NCBI GenBank assembly: GCA_028534125.1
Contig: CM052817.1
Coordinates: 56,484,001 to 56,548,000, forward strand
Direction: 5' to 3'
Source of the DNA: Lama glama
Lineage: Eukaryota
DNA: 64,000 nt
The notes under the pieces: generated by a model
The model's input: only the letters and a program-made list of their open reading frames with translations
Database searches by the model: none
Told to the model about the DNA's origin: nothing
Program-made: the position numbers and the translations under genes
Shown here: positions 35,441-49,029 of the stretch, piece by piece
Layout of the letters: every line of letters begins with the position of its first letter
Numbering within the stretch: position 1 is the first letter of the stretch

Positions 35441-38400
35441 GAAAAACGTACAAGAGTAAAACAATTTTAACTTCTATTGTATTTTTTTTATTCTCCCACA
35501 AGAATCAAATAGAAAATATTCATGGTTATTAGCTTTTATGTAAGCTGTTGTCTATAATTAATCCATTAGTGTAAGACCATGCTTATAAGGAAGAGCTTCT
35601 TGATTTTACTTGGTCAAAAGGAAATTTTTTTCTCTTTAAGCATATCTTACTTCAAATGATTTCAGACAAATTAATCTAGTGTTTGCATTTAAGCTATATA
35701 CACATATGTAATTCACATACATACAAATATATGTGTATTATATATATGTGCATATTACTTATACTAACATTACCTCCATTGCCATCAGTAGCTACCAGGC
35801 TAACCTTGTAATGTCTCACACCAGATAAAAATAACAAGGGTAAGAAAGACTTCAACAGGGGCATTCAACACTAGCTATTTTAATATGAGCCTAATAACCT
35901 TTTCCACCCTTCAGCATGATTATTGTTCAATGTGAACAATATTTTTTAAAACTTCGGGTCATTAGAAACTAATTTTTATTTAAACTATATGAGTCACATC
36001 CTCATTCCTACATTATAAAGCAGTTTCTGTCTTATTAAAATATCTGAATCAAAATGTTCTCTTTATTCCTACCATTTTTAAACAAAATTCTAATACTGCC
36101 TTAAAAGCTGATTTCATAAAAAAAATTAACATGAAATTGCTAAGTAATGCCCGAATTAACACAAATCAGAGTTCATTACATGGCATTAGCAGCTAATTTA
36201 CTGAAATCATTAAGTCTGTGGTTAGAGAAAGCCATATGCCAACTCCAGAAATAACAAGCATTCAGAATCAGGGTCATTGCTTTTATATTTGCATATGTGA
36301 TATATTGACTGATCTCATGTGCATATTAAAATTAAAACTGCATTTTTCTTCAACATTCTATAAAAAGTTTGGTTAGCATTATATTATTAAGGCAAATGTT
36401 TATTTCTAGATAATTTCTTCTGTACATGTAAATTGATTTATACAAATCACTATTAGTTGCATATTTCCTTACTTTTCTCACATATCAAGCATGTGTTTCT
36501 TTATTTAGAAATGTATTATTTTATACTTTTCTGCTTCTATCTGTATCTTCTATGTAGAGACAACTGCTATAACTCAACAGTTAATTCTGAGATACTTAAT
36601 TTACCTCAAGGTAGAAGGAAATAAATTATTAATAGTGGGATTAAAAATATCTTTTCCACTAAACTGACCTAAAATGAACAAATTAAAGAACGTATTTCTA
36701 AAGTTTTCCACAAGCATTTTTAATAAAGTTGATTGCTGCTAATATTAAAAAGAAAGTAAAGCAGCATTATAATATAGGTTATTTGCTTATTGATTTCATT
36801 AATAATTTTACACAATTTATTCAGTAGTATGTATGGCACCTACAATAAATATCTCACAAAATCTTGAAACCACAAATTACATACTGGACTTACTTTGACA
36901 CTGTATTTGTACAAAAAAGAAAAAAAGTAATTAAGGTAAACCGAAATGTCACCTTGTACTATACAGATTGCCAGAGTCCAATACATAATTCTCTGTCTCT
37001 TGTCTCTGGTCTCTGTTTCTCAGACACACACAAATACACACACACACACACAACTGTTGTGATATTCCACAGGAATATGGATAGTAAACTTACATTAAAT
37101 GAGTTTCACTATCTGTATTTTATGATACTGAATTAAACTGATGAGCTATGCAGTTGTTAAAATGTGAGGCTTTCTGATCTTATACATTTCAATGACAGGA
37201 AAGAGACAGGTACACCATGATATGACACATCACTCTCTGAATCAAATTTCAGGGTAGCCTGCAGAAAATCAGTGTATAATTCCTCATTCCTAAAATAAAC
37301 TAAAATTTTCTAACTTGAAAATTACACTAGTAAGGCTATTGCAGAATGTGTTATATTGTGTGTCTCTGTGTGTATCTGTCTGTTCTGGAGCTACTTCATA
37401 TACAAATACATGAGAAATTAGGGAAAAACTAATTAAAAAGTTAAAAAGTAAAGATATCCATTAACATGAAGAAATATTTCCCCTAATCATAGGAAATAAA
37501 ACCTTGAAATAAACCTACAGATTGGAGGCGGCAGTGGGGGGAATCTTCAGAAATTCGTTATTTTAGTAAAAAGCTGAAGAGATTGGGTACATTTTTTATT
37601 GAGCTTGAACTTACAGATGAAAATTAATTATCAGACATCATCTTACAGAGAATAAATTCTCTTAAAATTACACAGACAAACAATAGTAGATTGATAGTTT
37701 TTTTTTAATGAAAAGGCAATCTTCTTAATTGTAGAAAGGCAGCCACATATATTGGAAAGCACACACAACTGTGTGTCAGGAAACCTGAATTCAAAGAGTT
37801 ATTATCTAGAGTATCAGCTTAGCATACAAATATGCAGTTGAAATGAACAGTTTATAAGTTTCTCTTCAGTTCTCTGCAGTTTACTTGTGAATAAAGTCCA
37901 CTGTATCCACAAAGAGAAGGGAAAATTAATGATTGGAGTCTTAGGGGATCAAATGAGATTCATAAACTTCAATTTGGATAAGCTACACAGTAGCCATTCC
38001 CTTCTCTCACCTACTTTTTTGTTTTTTTCCTCCAATTTAGCCATTTGTTAATCTAGAAGGAGAAAGTGCTGTTCACTGATTGGACCACGTTACTAATAAG
38101 TAATCTTGTTCTTGGATGTGGCCTCTTTCTTCTGCTTATTCTTGTGTGTTAAGATGAGAAACAAGTCAGGGCTCCTTAGAATCCATTCAAGTTTTTCTCT
38201 TGTTTTTATTAAAGACCACTCAAGTGCTTGGCAGATCTCACCATGTGGAATTTTGATGAAAATTTGATAATAAGATTGGAACTGCATAAAATTCAGTTCT
38301 TTATTAGTCTTTAGGTAATGCCATGTACTGCAGTCTGTCTTTGACCATTAAACCCTTGTGATGGTCAACAGTGATCCTGCCAAAAAAAAAGTGTTAAACT

Positions 38401-38624
38401 ATTTCCTACTTATTACACTTCCTGATAAGTCAACATCCTCCAGATCCTTGTGGGTGGAAGACAATCAAGAAAAGATTCAAGAACATTTTGCTCCATAGTT
38501 ATTTGCAATAGCTTTCTTAAAAAAAAAAACAACAACATAAAAAACCCCACACCTCCTTTTAATTCATTACACAGCTATGTAACTCTTGTTTTGTCTGATG
38601 AGCAGAATGTCTCCATCTTCTTTT

Positions 38625-39032
38625 GTTGGTAGCCAACCCAGTCACCACTCCATTGGCATGGAAACCAACGTGGTGCATTCAGTGCCCAGAGCCATATTTA
38701 TTTGTTCATGGTTGGCACACATGTCAATGTAGGTCAGAGTTCTTCCCAAGAAGCAGGAGCTCTTCTCCAGGGTCACTAAAGAAGACAGATATTCACTTTC
38801 TACACCAGAAAAGATTCTATCCAAGCAGAGAGATGAACATATGAGAGTCACTCTTAGAGAGTAAATGCCTTGGAAACACTGGGTGACTTAGAATCCCCAG
38901 AAGCACCCTGGGGCCTGTACCTCATCTTTTGATTCAGTAAACTATATCAGTATTCCTTTAGTACATTCTCTTTTTGCTTAAATTAATTCAACTTGTATTT
39001 TTAGCACTTGCATCCAAAAAAGTCCTATTATA
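38625..39032 (+). mobile_element. Old MaLR LTR (MLT1J/K-like)
   Basis: 3' end TTCTCTTTTTGCTTAAATTAATTCAACTTGTATTTTTAGCACTTGCATCCAAAAAAGTCCT typical of old MLT1. Confidence 0.65.
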
Positions 39033-39499
39033 TCTGCTAAAAATTTTGATTTTCCCCATAATTTAAAGTTTTAAAAAATATTTATTAGCCATCTCATTTC
39101 TTAATGTACCTCTTCATAACCTGTAGCCCTTTCTGACAGTTAAAATGTTTAACATTTTTTTCATAATTTAATAAATTATAAGTGATATAAATGGTATATT
39201 TATTTTTAGCTATATGTATTGAAATTATAGTTTCTCAATTTATCAATCATTTTTAACTTGTTTTTGAAAATAAAATATTATTTAAAGCTTTTCGGTTTTT
39301 AAATCTGTAAAAGTGTTTTTTCCTTGAATTCTTTCTTGCTCATTTAGTTTATCTTTGGAAATTTATGTAAATATTGTAGAAAGAAGAACTTAACCCTTTA
39401 TTATATATAAAAATGTATACATAACTGGGAATATTTCTTTGGTATTGACTTTAAATAAGTGAATCGCTCTTCTTTACGAAATAACATTTAGAAATTCTC

Positions 39500-42120
39500 G
39501 CAAGACTTCTGGTTCCAGTTATTAGAGTTAGAAATTTTATTAAATTCTCCTGTATCTCAAAAATCCATGAAGTGTTCAGTGAAGAAATATGAAAGTGAAT
39601 AAATCCACAGAGCTTCTGAGAATGTCAGGAGAGAAACATCAGCAGTCAAAAGATTAGAATGAATTTCAGGAAGACAGAAGACTGATGGGAGCATCTTGAT
39701 GGATATATTAGAATAAAAAGAGCTACTGCTCAGTATCTTCAACAGAAAAAACTGCAGTGGAGCTAGGAGCAATTTTGCACAGTGCAGCTCCCTGGAGATA
39801 GAAGCTAAAGAAGAGAGGATGTGGGAGGAAGGGCAGAAATCACAATGATTGATGGGGAATCAATCTGAAAGACGTGCGTGTTCAGGCCACCTCCATTCCT
39901 GTGCATCAGGAAGTAGTGTTTGCCTCGATGTCAGATATAGATTGAGTGATATGTTGAGGAAGATCCATGGCTCTCAGACTGAGGGTTTGTTCACATTAGT
40001 CAGACCAGCATTGTTTTGGTATTTGAATGTGTCTGGATTCTTACCTCGTGTGCCAGCTTCATACTCGTGCCCTGGAAATATCACAGTAAAATCTTCAAAT
40101 ATCACACGTACATACACATGCTGCAAACATAACTCTCATTCAAGCAATAGGCCTGTAACATCTGAGGAAACCCCTGCCAGCCACCTAACTAATCTACCTG
40201 CCCCTTTCTTTTATGTTCATCAGTGATCACTTAAGGATTAGTTGATATTTCAGAAATTCAATAGTTCAAAAGAGAAGGGTAAAGATGAACAAATGAGACA
40301 ATTAATACTGAAGAAGCAGCAATAAAATTCAGGTTAGAGAACAGAGTGTAAACAAACAAATTCCTTCTAATTAATACGCTCAGAGAGTTTAGATAAGATG
40401 TTATTTCAATGAAATACAAACAGATTGTTATGAATTTGGGTAACAGTTATATAAAATTTAAAATATGGCTACTAAAAATTGAATCCAATAAAATATGTGA
40501 AAAGGAAGGTAAGAAATTATTTCAGAACACAGAACTAAAAAGACAAAATAGATTAAAAAATAGTAGAGAAAATACTGGCATTCCATGTTTCCAAACTCCT
40601 TCATAGGAAGAATGATGAAATAGTTAAATACCAGGGAAAAAATGAAAGAAAAGTAGAGGAAGAAATTATCACACATTAAAAAAAAAAACAGAAAGGAAAT
40701 TTTCAGAGCTAGAGATACAGACATATGCCTTCAGATTAAGTTTTCAGAGAGAAAAAGCAAGTCCTCTACAAGGAAATGAGAATCATAATGAACTTCAGAT
40801 TTCTCCCAGCCTCACTGGAAGCTAAATGACAATATATTTCAACTACAGAGACTGAGCGAAATAAGATGCAGAAAGTTTACTTCCAATGTGTCCATTCTGA
40901 AATACACACACACACTCTGCAGGGGAAAAAAAGTCACTCAAGGAAGTGTCAGGAGCTTCAGAAAGGAGCAGACAAGGAATACCCAGTGGCAACTGTTCAG
41001 CATGCCTAAGGAGGAGTCACTATTAGAGCATTCAAGAAACCGTTAGAGATTGGCCTGATTTGATGAAGGCATATAGTTCTTGAGACTAAAAAAAAAAAAA
41101 AAAAACCAAACAAACAAACGAAAACCCCAGAAAGGTAGGTAGAAAATCCAAGAGAAAATCCAGAGCTCTGAGTAAGAAAGACGGTGTAAAGCAAACTAAA
41201 ATGTGAAACAATTTTTAATGATGAACTAAGTTTAAAAAAGAATTTTTTTCCCTTCTGTATAGCACAGGGAACTATATTCAATTTCTTGTAATAACCTTTA
41301 ATGAAAAAGAATATGAAAACCAATATATGTATATACATGCATGACTGGGACATTATGCTGTACACCAGAAATTGACACATTGTAACTGACTGTACTTCAA
41401 TCAAAAAAAGAGAGAGAATGTTTTAGTACCTGGGGGTTTTCCCTGTCTAGTTGTATAAGTTCACTGACCTGGAGCCACCACTTCTCTAATGCTCTACCTG
41501 TTTTCCAAATACATAATGTTGACATAATCTTAATGTGGCCACCACTATGTCTTGGCCTTAAATTTTCAGAGTGGAGCTGTAGTAAAATCATGGATGTCTC
41601 TAATTTTGCAGGTCTATACTCATGGAAGTCTGTAGAATGCAAGTGATGTAAATTGTTGACAATGTAAAGGGATGCTGGCAGAAATGCAAAGTAGAGAAGG
41701 AAAGGAAGGAGGGACAAAGTCAAGAGATTCTGAGACTGATGGATCGAGAAACAGAGATTTAAGTACATTATTTAAAATTATATAATCAATAAAACCAATA
41801 TTTATTATAAAACATGGAAAGGGGGAAGAGGAAGGAGTTTAACGGAATTAGTCTTCAATAAATGGAGTCAGATAACACTTACAGTTGATCAATAAAGAAA
41901 TAGTGGCATAAGCCTACAATCAGTGTAATGTAGACAACCAACAGGTGTACTAAAATCAGAAGCAGGTCAGGACTGCGGACACTAGAAAAGGGAGACTAGG
42001 CCTGTGTCCTGGAGACAGATCCTCAATTGCACATCCTTGAGAAAGTGTTTGAATGTATTTCCTTTTCATGTCCTAATTTTACAATAATAGGAATGAAAAT
42101 GAATCATTTTAAAAAAAAGA
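39500..42120 (+). mobile_element. HAL1 (half-L1, ORF1-only) relic
   Basis: 5' AAGACTTCTGGTTCC; decayed ORF1-like A-rich region 40250-40900 (GAAGAAATTATC...TTTTCAGAGCT...GCCTTCAGATT...CTTCAGATTTCTCCCAGCCTCACTGGAAGCTA); HAL1-like 3' region GGAGTCAGATAAC...AGTTGATCAATAAAGAAATAGTGGCATAAGC; no ORF2 sequence. Confidence 0.6.
41251..41409 (+). mobile_element. Camelid-type L1 3' terminus nested in HAL1
   Basis: CTGTATAGCACAGGGAACTATATTCAA...GCATGACTGGGACATTATGCTGTACACCAGAAATTGACACATTGTAACTGACTGTACTTCAAT plus A-tail. Confidence 0.9.
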
Positions 42121-42728
42121 GTCTGTTTTCAAATATTTTAAATAAAAGATGAAATAATTTATTTTTGCCATATGATTCTTTTTTCAATAGCGGTTACATG
42201 GAAAAACTATTATAGGGGCCTACATTTAAATTAATTGAAAATTTACTTATTAGAAATCTCAATTAATAAAGTATTTTGACTTTAAGTTGTATCTTTTGCA
42301 TATAGAGAAATAAAAGATAAATGGTAATAAATAAGCCATTTAAGGCAATGTTAAAAATTACAATGGCAAATTCAATTTGTACCATGACATCATTATACAT
42401 TTAATGTGGGTCATTAGGTTTTCTTTATCAGCAACAGTGTTGAATGTGAAAGTCAATTTTAAGTGACAATCATGAAATGCATAAAAGCTTTTCATCAAAA
42501 AAGAGAAGTGTCTTGGATAGTGTAGAATAATTTTCAATTAGGATTTTAAAAAATGATTTTCTACTTAACTATAAGTTTTTATTTCCTATTCATTCTATCT
42601 TATCAACTATTATCTATGTGTTTGTGTCATAATCAGACTTGTTCTGATTAGGTCTATCAGCATGAATGTTTTATCAGGTAGCTTGAGGATTATCAAAGTC
42701 TGGTGCCAAGATAAAAAAAGAGAGGGAG

Positions 42729-43614
42729 TTTAGTGTGAAGTCAGGGAGCATAATTCCTCTAGCTCTGGTCTTCTTTTTCAAGATTGTTTTGGCTACTAGG
42801 AGTCTTTTGTGTTTCCATGCAAATTCTAAAATTATTTGTTTTAGTTCTGTGAAAAAGTTCTTGGTGGTTTGATAGGGATTGCACTGGATCTGTAGATTGC
42901 CTTAGTTATTATCGACATTTTAACAATATTAATTCTTCCAAACCAAGAACACATAACTTTCCATCTATTTGTGTATCTTTGATTTCTTCCATCAGTGTCT
43001 TATAGTTTTCAGAGTACAGATCTTTTGCTTCCTTAGGTAGGTTTACTCCTAGGTATTTTTTTCTTCTTGATGTGGTAGTGAATGGAATTGATTGTTCCTT
43101 TAATTTCTGTTTCTGAATTTTTGTTTCTTTAAAAAATGACAGAAGAACTAAATAGACATTTTTCCGAAGAGGAAATGCAGATGGCTAACAGACAAGTGAA
43201 GATGCTCAGCCTCACTAATCATCATAGAAATGCAGAGCAAAACTACAATGAGGTATCACAGCACACCTGTCAGACTGGCTATCATCAAAAAGAACACAAA
43301 TAACAAACATTGGCAAGGATCAAGAGGAAACGAAACCCTGTACACTGTTGGTGGGAATGTAAATTGGTGGAACCACTGTGGAAAACAGTGTGGAGGTTTC
43401 TAAATAAGTAAAAAATTGAACTACCCTATGATCCAGCAATTCCACTCCTGGGTATATATCTACAAAAACAAAAAACAAACAAAAAACCCCACACCAATTA
43501 AAAAAGATACATGTACCCCAATGTTCAGCAGCATCATTTACAACTGCCAAGATATGGAAGTAACCTAAGTGTCCATCAACAGATGAATGGATATGGTGCG
43601 TATATATATATTCC

Positions 43615-43662
<48 letters not shown>

Positions 43663-44057
43663 GGAATGGAATAGTATATATTTATAATGGAATACTACTC
43701 ATCCATAAAAAGAATAAGATTTTGCCACCTGCAGCAACATAGATGAACTTGGAGGGCATTATGCTAAGTTAAATAAGCCAGACAGAGAAAGATAAATATG
43801 GTATGATATCACTTATATGTGGAATCTAACAAATTAGTTTATATAACAAAAGAGAAGCAGACTCACAGATATAGAGAACAAACTAGTGGTTACCAGTGGG
43901 GGAAAGGAGCAATTTAGGGATGAGGGAGTAGGAGGTACAAACTATTGGGTATAAGATAGACTCAAGGATGTATTGTACAGCACAGGGAGTACAGCCAGTA
44001 TTTTGTAATAATTGTAAATGGAAAGTAACCTTTAAATTCGTATAAAATAATTTTTTT
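42729..44057 (+). mobile_element. L1 with 5' inversion (antisense ORF2 segment about 42729-43120, sense 3' end about 43128-44057), TSD AAGAGAGGGAG
   Basis: Antisense ORF2 (GAAGTCAGGGAGCATAATTCCTCTAGCTCTGG...) joined to sense AATAGACATTTTTCCGAAGAGGAAATGCAGATGG...3'UTR; TSD at 42718-42728 and 44058-44068. Confidence 0.9.
43617..43660. repeat. (TA)22 microsatellite within L1
   Basis: Directly visible. Confidence 0.95.
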
Positions 44058-44344
44058 AAGAGAGGGAGGAATTGGAATGAAGAAGCACATGTGTATTTCA
44101 GTAACTGAATTCCAGAAGAGTCTGAGCTCAGGAACCATGAGTGAAACCTGAGATTTTTAGAAGGGCTTCCAGAACTGGTTGACTTCATGTTGTCATTGCT
44201 GCTGTTGCTGCTGTGTGTAACACACACATCAAAGATCATTTTCAGAACACTCCCCAAGCATTAGAGTGGCTCCCTCCAAATTAAGAAGTTTCAATAGGAA
44301 CCTTAGAAATGAATCTGAGTCTCATTTGACTGTGAGTAAAATCT

Positions 44345-44560
44345 ATGGCACATTGATTAAGAACATGGGCTCAGTTTGATCCCTGACCCTATTGCTACTA
44401 GCTGTGAATTCACCTCTCTGTGCCTCCACTTCTTCATCTATAAAACAGAGATAAGCATACAGGTAAAACCTCTTTTATGGTGATATCATGAGAAATTAAC
44501 AGATGACACACAAAAAGTCCTTGAAATGGTGTCTGATTCAGTTGATGTTCACTATAATTA
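44345..44560 (+). mobile_element. MIR SINE
   Basis: GATTAAGAACATGGGCTC...CTACTAGCTGTGA...CACCTCTCTGTGCCTCCACTTCTTCATCTATAAAACAGAGATAA. Confidence 0.8.
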
Positions 44561-45266
44561 TTATCTGCTCAGAAACTCACACCAGAGGATTCACAAAGTA
44601 TTACTGGATTTTATAGCATTCTCTGCTCAATTCAAAGATGGACCTGTGTGATTATCCTATTCTCTACTCTCTCCACATGGTTGGACATAGAGGAAGGATA
44701 TATGGGTACTATCTCATGGTTGTCATAAATACCATTTTTATTTCCCACCATTTTAATTAATTAATTTATTTATTTTCTATATGGATATTTCAAGTGATTT
44801 TCATGAAATTCTTCTTTTATTATCTTTGTCTGAAAGTCATTAATAGAAGGATAGTAAAAAATGTAGAGCTGGTATTACAGGACTTGGAGATGTGCTGAGG
44901 CTCAGAATTTAAGGTTCACAGTACCAGGCTAGGAATCGGAGTCCACGCTAGCCCTCCCAACAGCACTTTCTCCACCAGCTCGGATGATTTTCCTGGCCTG
45001 CCTACAACCTTCGTCTCTTAACGTCCTCGGATATTTTCATACCATTTATCTTTAATTCAGTATCAGTGGAGAGAATCGAGAAGCACAGGTTTTCCAAGTT
45101 GCTTGTTTTAGTTTATTTCAGCTTTAGAGTTTCTCTTCCTCTACATGTCCATCAGTCCTCATGCACATATACCCCCACACACACATTCATTTCCAAACCA
45201 TACATGAATATACAAATACATACACATACATACTCATAGCCAGAATCTAAGCCAATCTAATAAATT

Positions 45267-45745
45267 TGAATGAGTTTCCTATTGCTGCTGTGAAAAATTA
45301 TCACAAACTTAGTGTCTTAAGCTACCATAAAACTATTCTCTCACTGTTCTGGAGACCAGAAGTCCAAAATCAGCTTCAATGAGCTGAAATCAATATATTA
45401 CTAGAGCTGCACTCACTCAGGAGACTTCAGGAGAGAATCCATTTCTTGCCTCTTTTAGCTTTCAGCTTTTGCTGGCATCCTTGGTATATGGACACCTCAG
45501 TCCAATCTCTGCCTCCATGGCCATATTGCCATCTCCTCTTCTGTCTGAAGTCTCCCTCTGCTTCCATCTTATAAGAATACTTGTGTTTACACTTAAGATC
45601 TACCTGGGTAATCCAGGGTAATTTCCCCTCTTCATGATTCTAAACTTAACCAGACCTGAAAATTGTTTTTTATATAAGGTAACATTTAGAGCTTTCAGAG
45701 ATTAAGACATGGATATATAATGGAACCATTATTCTACCTACCCCA
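45267..45745 (-). mobile_element. MaLR solo LTR (MLT1C/D-like)
   Basis: GTTTCCTATTGCTGCTGTGAAAAATTATCACAAACTTAGTG...GTTCTGGAGACCAGAAGTCCAAAATCAG...GGAGAGAATCCATTTCTTGCCTC...ATTATTCTACCTACC. Confidence 0.9.
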
Positions 45746-46555
45746 TTTTCCCCCTTTTGGACCCTCTTTGTATTAATAGCATTACTTTCTTCCCAGTCAC
45801 ATAAACTGGAAACTTTACTATAATTTCTGTATCTTCTTTCTCCTGTAACACTCAACATTTCTAAATATAACAAGCCCTCCTCCTTATTAATGGCTCTAAA
45901 TTGTACATCATTCTCTCCATGTGCACCACCACTACTGTGGAGATCTGAATTAGTCTCATCTGTATTTTTTAAAAACCTAATGAATCTTCCTGCCTCCAAG
46001 TCCTCTATCTTTTGCCTATCTTCCACGTGTCTATAAAATATTTGAAAAAAATATAATCATGTGTTTGCCCAACTTATAAATCTGTCACGGATTCTTCACT
46101 GTTGGCAGGACATATCTAAACGATAGTAATAATACCACCCTCCACTTCTTATCTCTGTTCACTCCTTGACCTAGAGGCTAGCAACTAGTTTCCATGAATT
46201 ATGTGTCAAACGTGTGCCTTGTACTATTGAATATGTCACTTCTGTCATCCAGAAAGCCTTTCTCCTTTGGGCACTGGAACTTTCTTCTTAGCCTTTAGCA
46301 TACACATTGTATATCTCCAATATTTCTTCTGTGATTATTTTTCTGAATCACTTAGGTAATGTATTCCTCAAACAATCATTAGCTCTTGATTTCTAACTCT
46401 TAAAAGCACTGACGTTACTATTACTATCACAGAATTGTAACTACTTGTTCATAATCTTTCTACATTTTTAGATTGTGATATTTTATTAAACTTTGTTTTC
46501 CTATTGCCTAGCAGAATGTCACTGCAGAATGGGAATTCAAAAATATTATGTGACT
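45746..46555 (+). mobile_element. L2 relic
   Basis: TTCCCAGTCACATAAACTGGAAAC...AATCTTCCTGCCTCCAAGTC...TTAGATTGTGA...CCTATTGCCTAGCAGAATG. Confidence 0.65.
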
Positions 46556-46724
46556 CAAAAAGGACATGCTGGGGTGCCCAGTGGCTGTACATCATAGGAT
46601 ATATGCCTAAATATCCAACTCAGCACACTTAGAACTTCAGCGCAGATAAAATAAACATAGTTATCATTAACAAAAAGGCAAGGTTATATCATGTTATGTA
46701 ACATAACATGTGATGTAACATAAA

Positions 46725-47115
46725 GACTATGTAGATGAAATAACAAGTTACACTGAAATACAAGTGGCTTTTAAAAGAAAAGCTTATGCCTTGTTATTGC
46801 AAAGCTGATGAGGTTCAATGACTTTCCAGGGCACTTTTCTACTAAATGATATCTTGGGAGAACTAGTTGGTTTTCTTACTGTGATTTCCTCATCACAATC
46901 CGCAGCTTTCAGAATGCTGCAAAAGAAAAAGGGAAAGAGGGTTGCAGAAGGGTTTTACACAGCCTCAGTCCTAACGTGGCACCCATTCCTTCTCCTTAGG
47001 TCTATTGAGCACAGTGAGTCATAAAGCCCACCTAACTACAAGGTTGGGAATAGTGGTCTTGCATGTGTCCAGACAGGAGAGGTCAACCAGGTAAGGCCAG
47101 TGTCTACTATCCACA
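46725..47115 (-). mobile_element. Old MaLR LTR (MLT1I/J/K-like)
   Basis: CAAGTGGCTTTTAAAAG...GTGGCACCCATTCCTTCTCC...GAGTCATAAAGCCCACCTAACTACAAGG...GGGAATAGTGGTC. Confidence 0.65.
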
Positions 47116-48184
47116 TTCTTTAATTAACCTCTGAGGAATTTTAAATCAACATTCAGACTTTACCCTATTTGAACCTCCCTCTCTTCCTTTTCCTCTTCAA
47201 AATAATTAGCCCACTATAGACAGGGATTATAAGTCAGTAATAGGTAGGTCCATTACCAGATTAAATGGTGGAAAACAGTTATTAATGGTGGAAAGCTCTT
47301 AATATCATTATTTTTTTTACCCTAGCAAACCATTTTGTAATTTGAAAGTATACTCAGTTATGCATGTTTTAAATGAATGCTTACTCAAGCAAACCGTCTG
47401 TCCTATTAAAAGGGATTTTTGTTTCTTTCTTTCTTGAAAATTATTTTTCTCAACTGTAACTTTCATTCTATTTTCTACATAGAAACATAGATTGTTTTGT
47501 TTTGTTTTTTGTTTGATGCTAAATGACTTAATAAGTTATCAAAAGTCTCTAGAAGAATGCATTCAGAACCTTTCCTTGGGACAATGACTAACAAAATTTT
47601 AATGATAAATTTAATAAGATATGGAATTTATGTAGTCCATGGATGCAGTTCAGAGCAGCTTCATATGAGTAATGCAGAACCTTATTTACTGGAACTCTTG
47701 CTAAAAGAAGTTGACATGTTTTTCACAATCTTTAAGAAATCTTCAAGAAAGAAGCCATTTGCTTTAAAATATTCAAGAATATAGGTCACAGAAAATATTT
47801 TCTCCATCCTATTTTTTACTGTGAATAATAAACTGTATACTTGAACAAGGATATAATTCTCATTGTATTACATAACTATGCTAGAAATGAACAATATATA
47901 TGATACTTGGATATATACTATGTCAACAAGAAAATTTCCTCTTGAATGTGTTACAAAAGTAGAAAGTTGAACTTGGTCTCAATAAATAAGCTACAGACTT
48001 CTATAGTGGCAAACACAAAAATGAATAAGAAAATACAAATGAGCAACAAACTTCTATCATGGCAAACAAAAAAACAAACAAGAAAATAAAAATAGACATA
48101 AAACAGCAACTAAGCAAAATCCATGGCCATAACCATTATTTATTGTAAATGGAGTTTTTACTGTTTATCCCACTAAAAATTTTA

Positions 48185-48700
48185 TTTCATTCATTCACAT
48201 ATTTATTATAAAATATTTATTAAATGTTTAATCTATTGAATTCCTCAAAATGTGTGATATAAAAGTGAAAGAGAAGTTCTTGCTCTCAGGACACTTGCAG
48301 ACTCCCTGAGATACTATGCGAGATACTGTGGTTTGAGTGTTTGTGTGTATCTGTCTTCTGGGACTGATGATAAAGATGCATAGGAACATCTGAATATATG
48401 TAGAACTTGGAGAAAATTTTAAAACAGGATGCTTGAGAAGAATATACCAAATAAGTTTTAAAATTAAATCACATTTGAGAGACAAGAGGCATTAAATTTC
48501 ACATTAAAGTGTAAATGTTCTAGTCACAGATGGTCGGATATGAGGAGAAGACCTGAGAGAAAATTGCCAAAATAGAGTCAGTGAGCATAAAGGGCAGAAG
48601 TAGAGGAAATAATACGAGGGAAAGTTACAGAGAGAAGTCGCATGTGCTGACGAGTATTCCCGGTTTTATTGTATCTCCTTAAGCCACACCTAATGCAAAT
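48185..48700 (-). mobile_element. L2 3' relic
   Basis: TTCATTCATTCACATATTTATT tail followed by TTCTTGCTCTCAGGACACTTGCAGACT. Confidence 0.6.
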
Positions 48701-49029
48701 AATCGATAAAAGATAGGTTACAATATTGTATTATAAATATAATATTGACAAATACTATCACAAAACAGGCAGTAAGTTAGCAGAAACACCAAAAAGGATA
48801 CCTAATTCATGAACTGGTGAAAATAAAAGTTGAGCAACAAATCAGAATTTTCAAACTTGGTCTACAGTTCTGTAGTTATAGAGAAAAGACAGTAAATACT
48901 AGTGTCTCCTCATTTTCTCACTAATATCAAACAGATTCTAGAGAATATTTGTTGACAGTTACTTATCTGTGCTTTTTTTTTTTCCTATCTTCCATTTTCT
49001 ATTCCTCTCCTATTTTATTCCTTTTCCTT

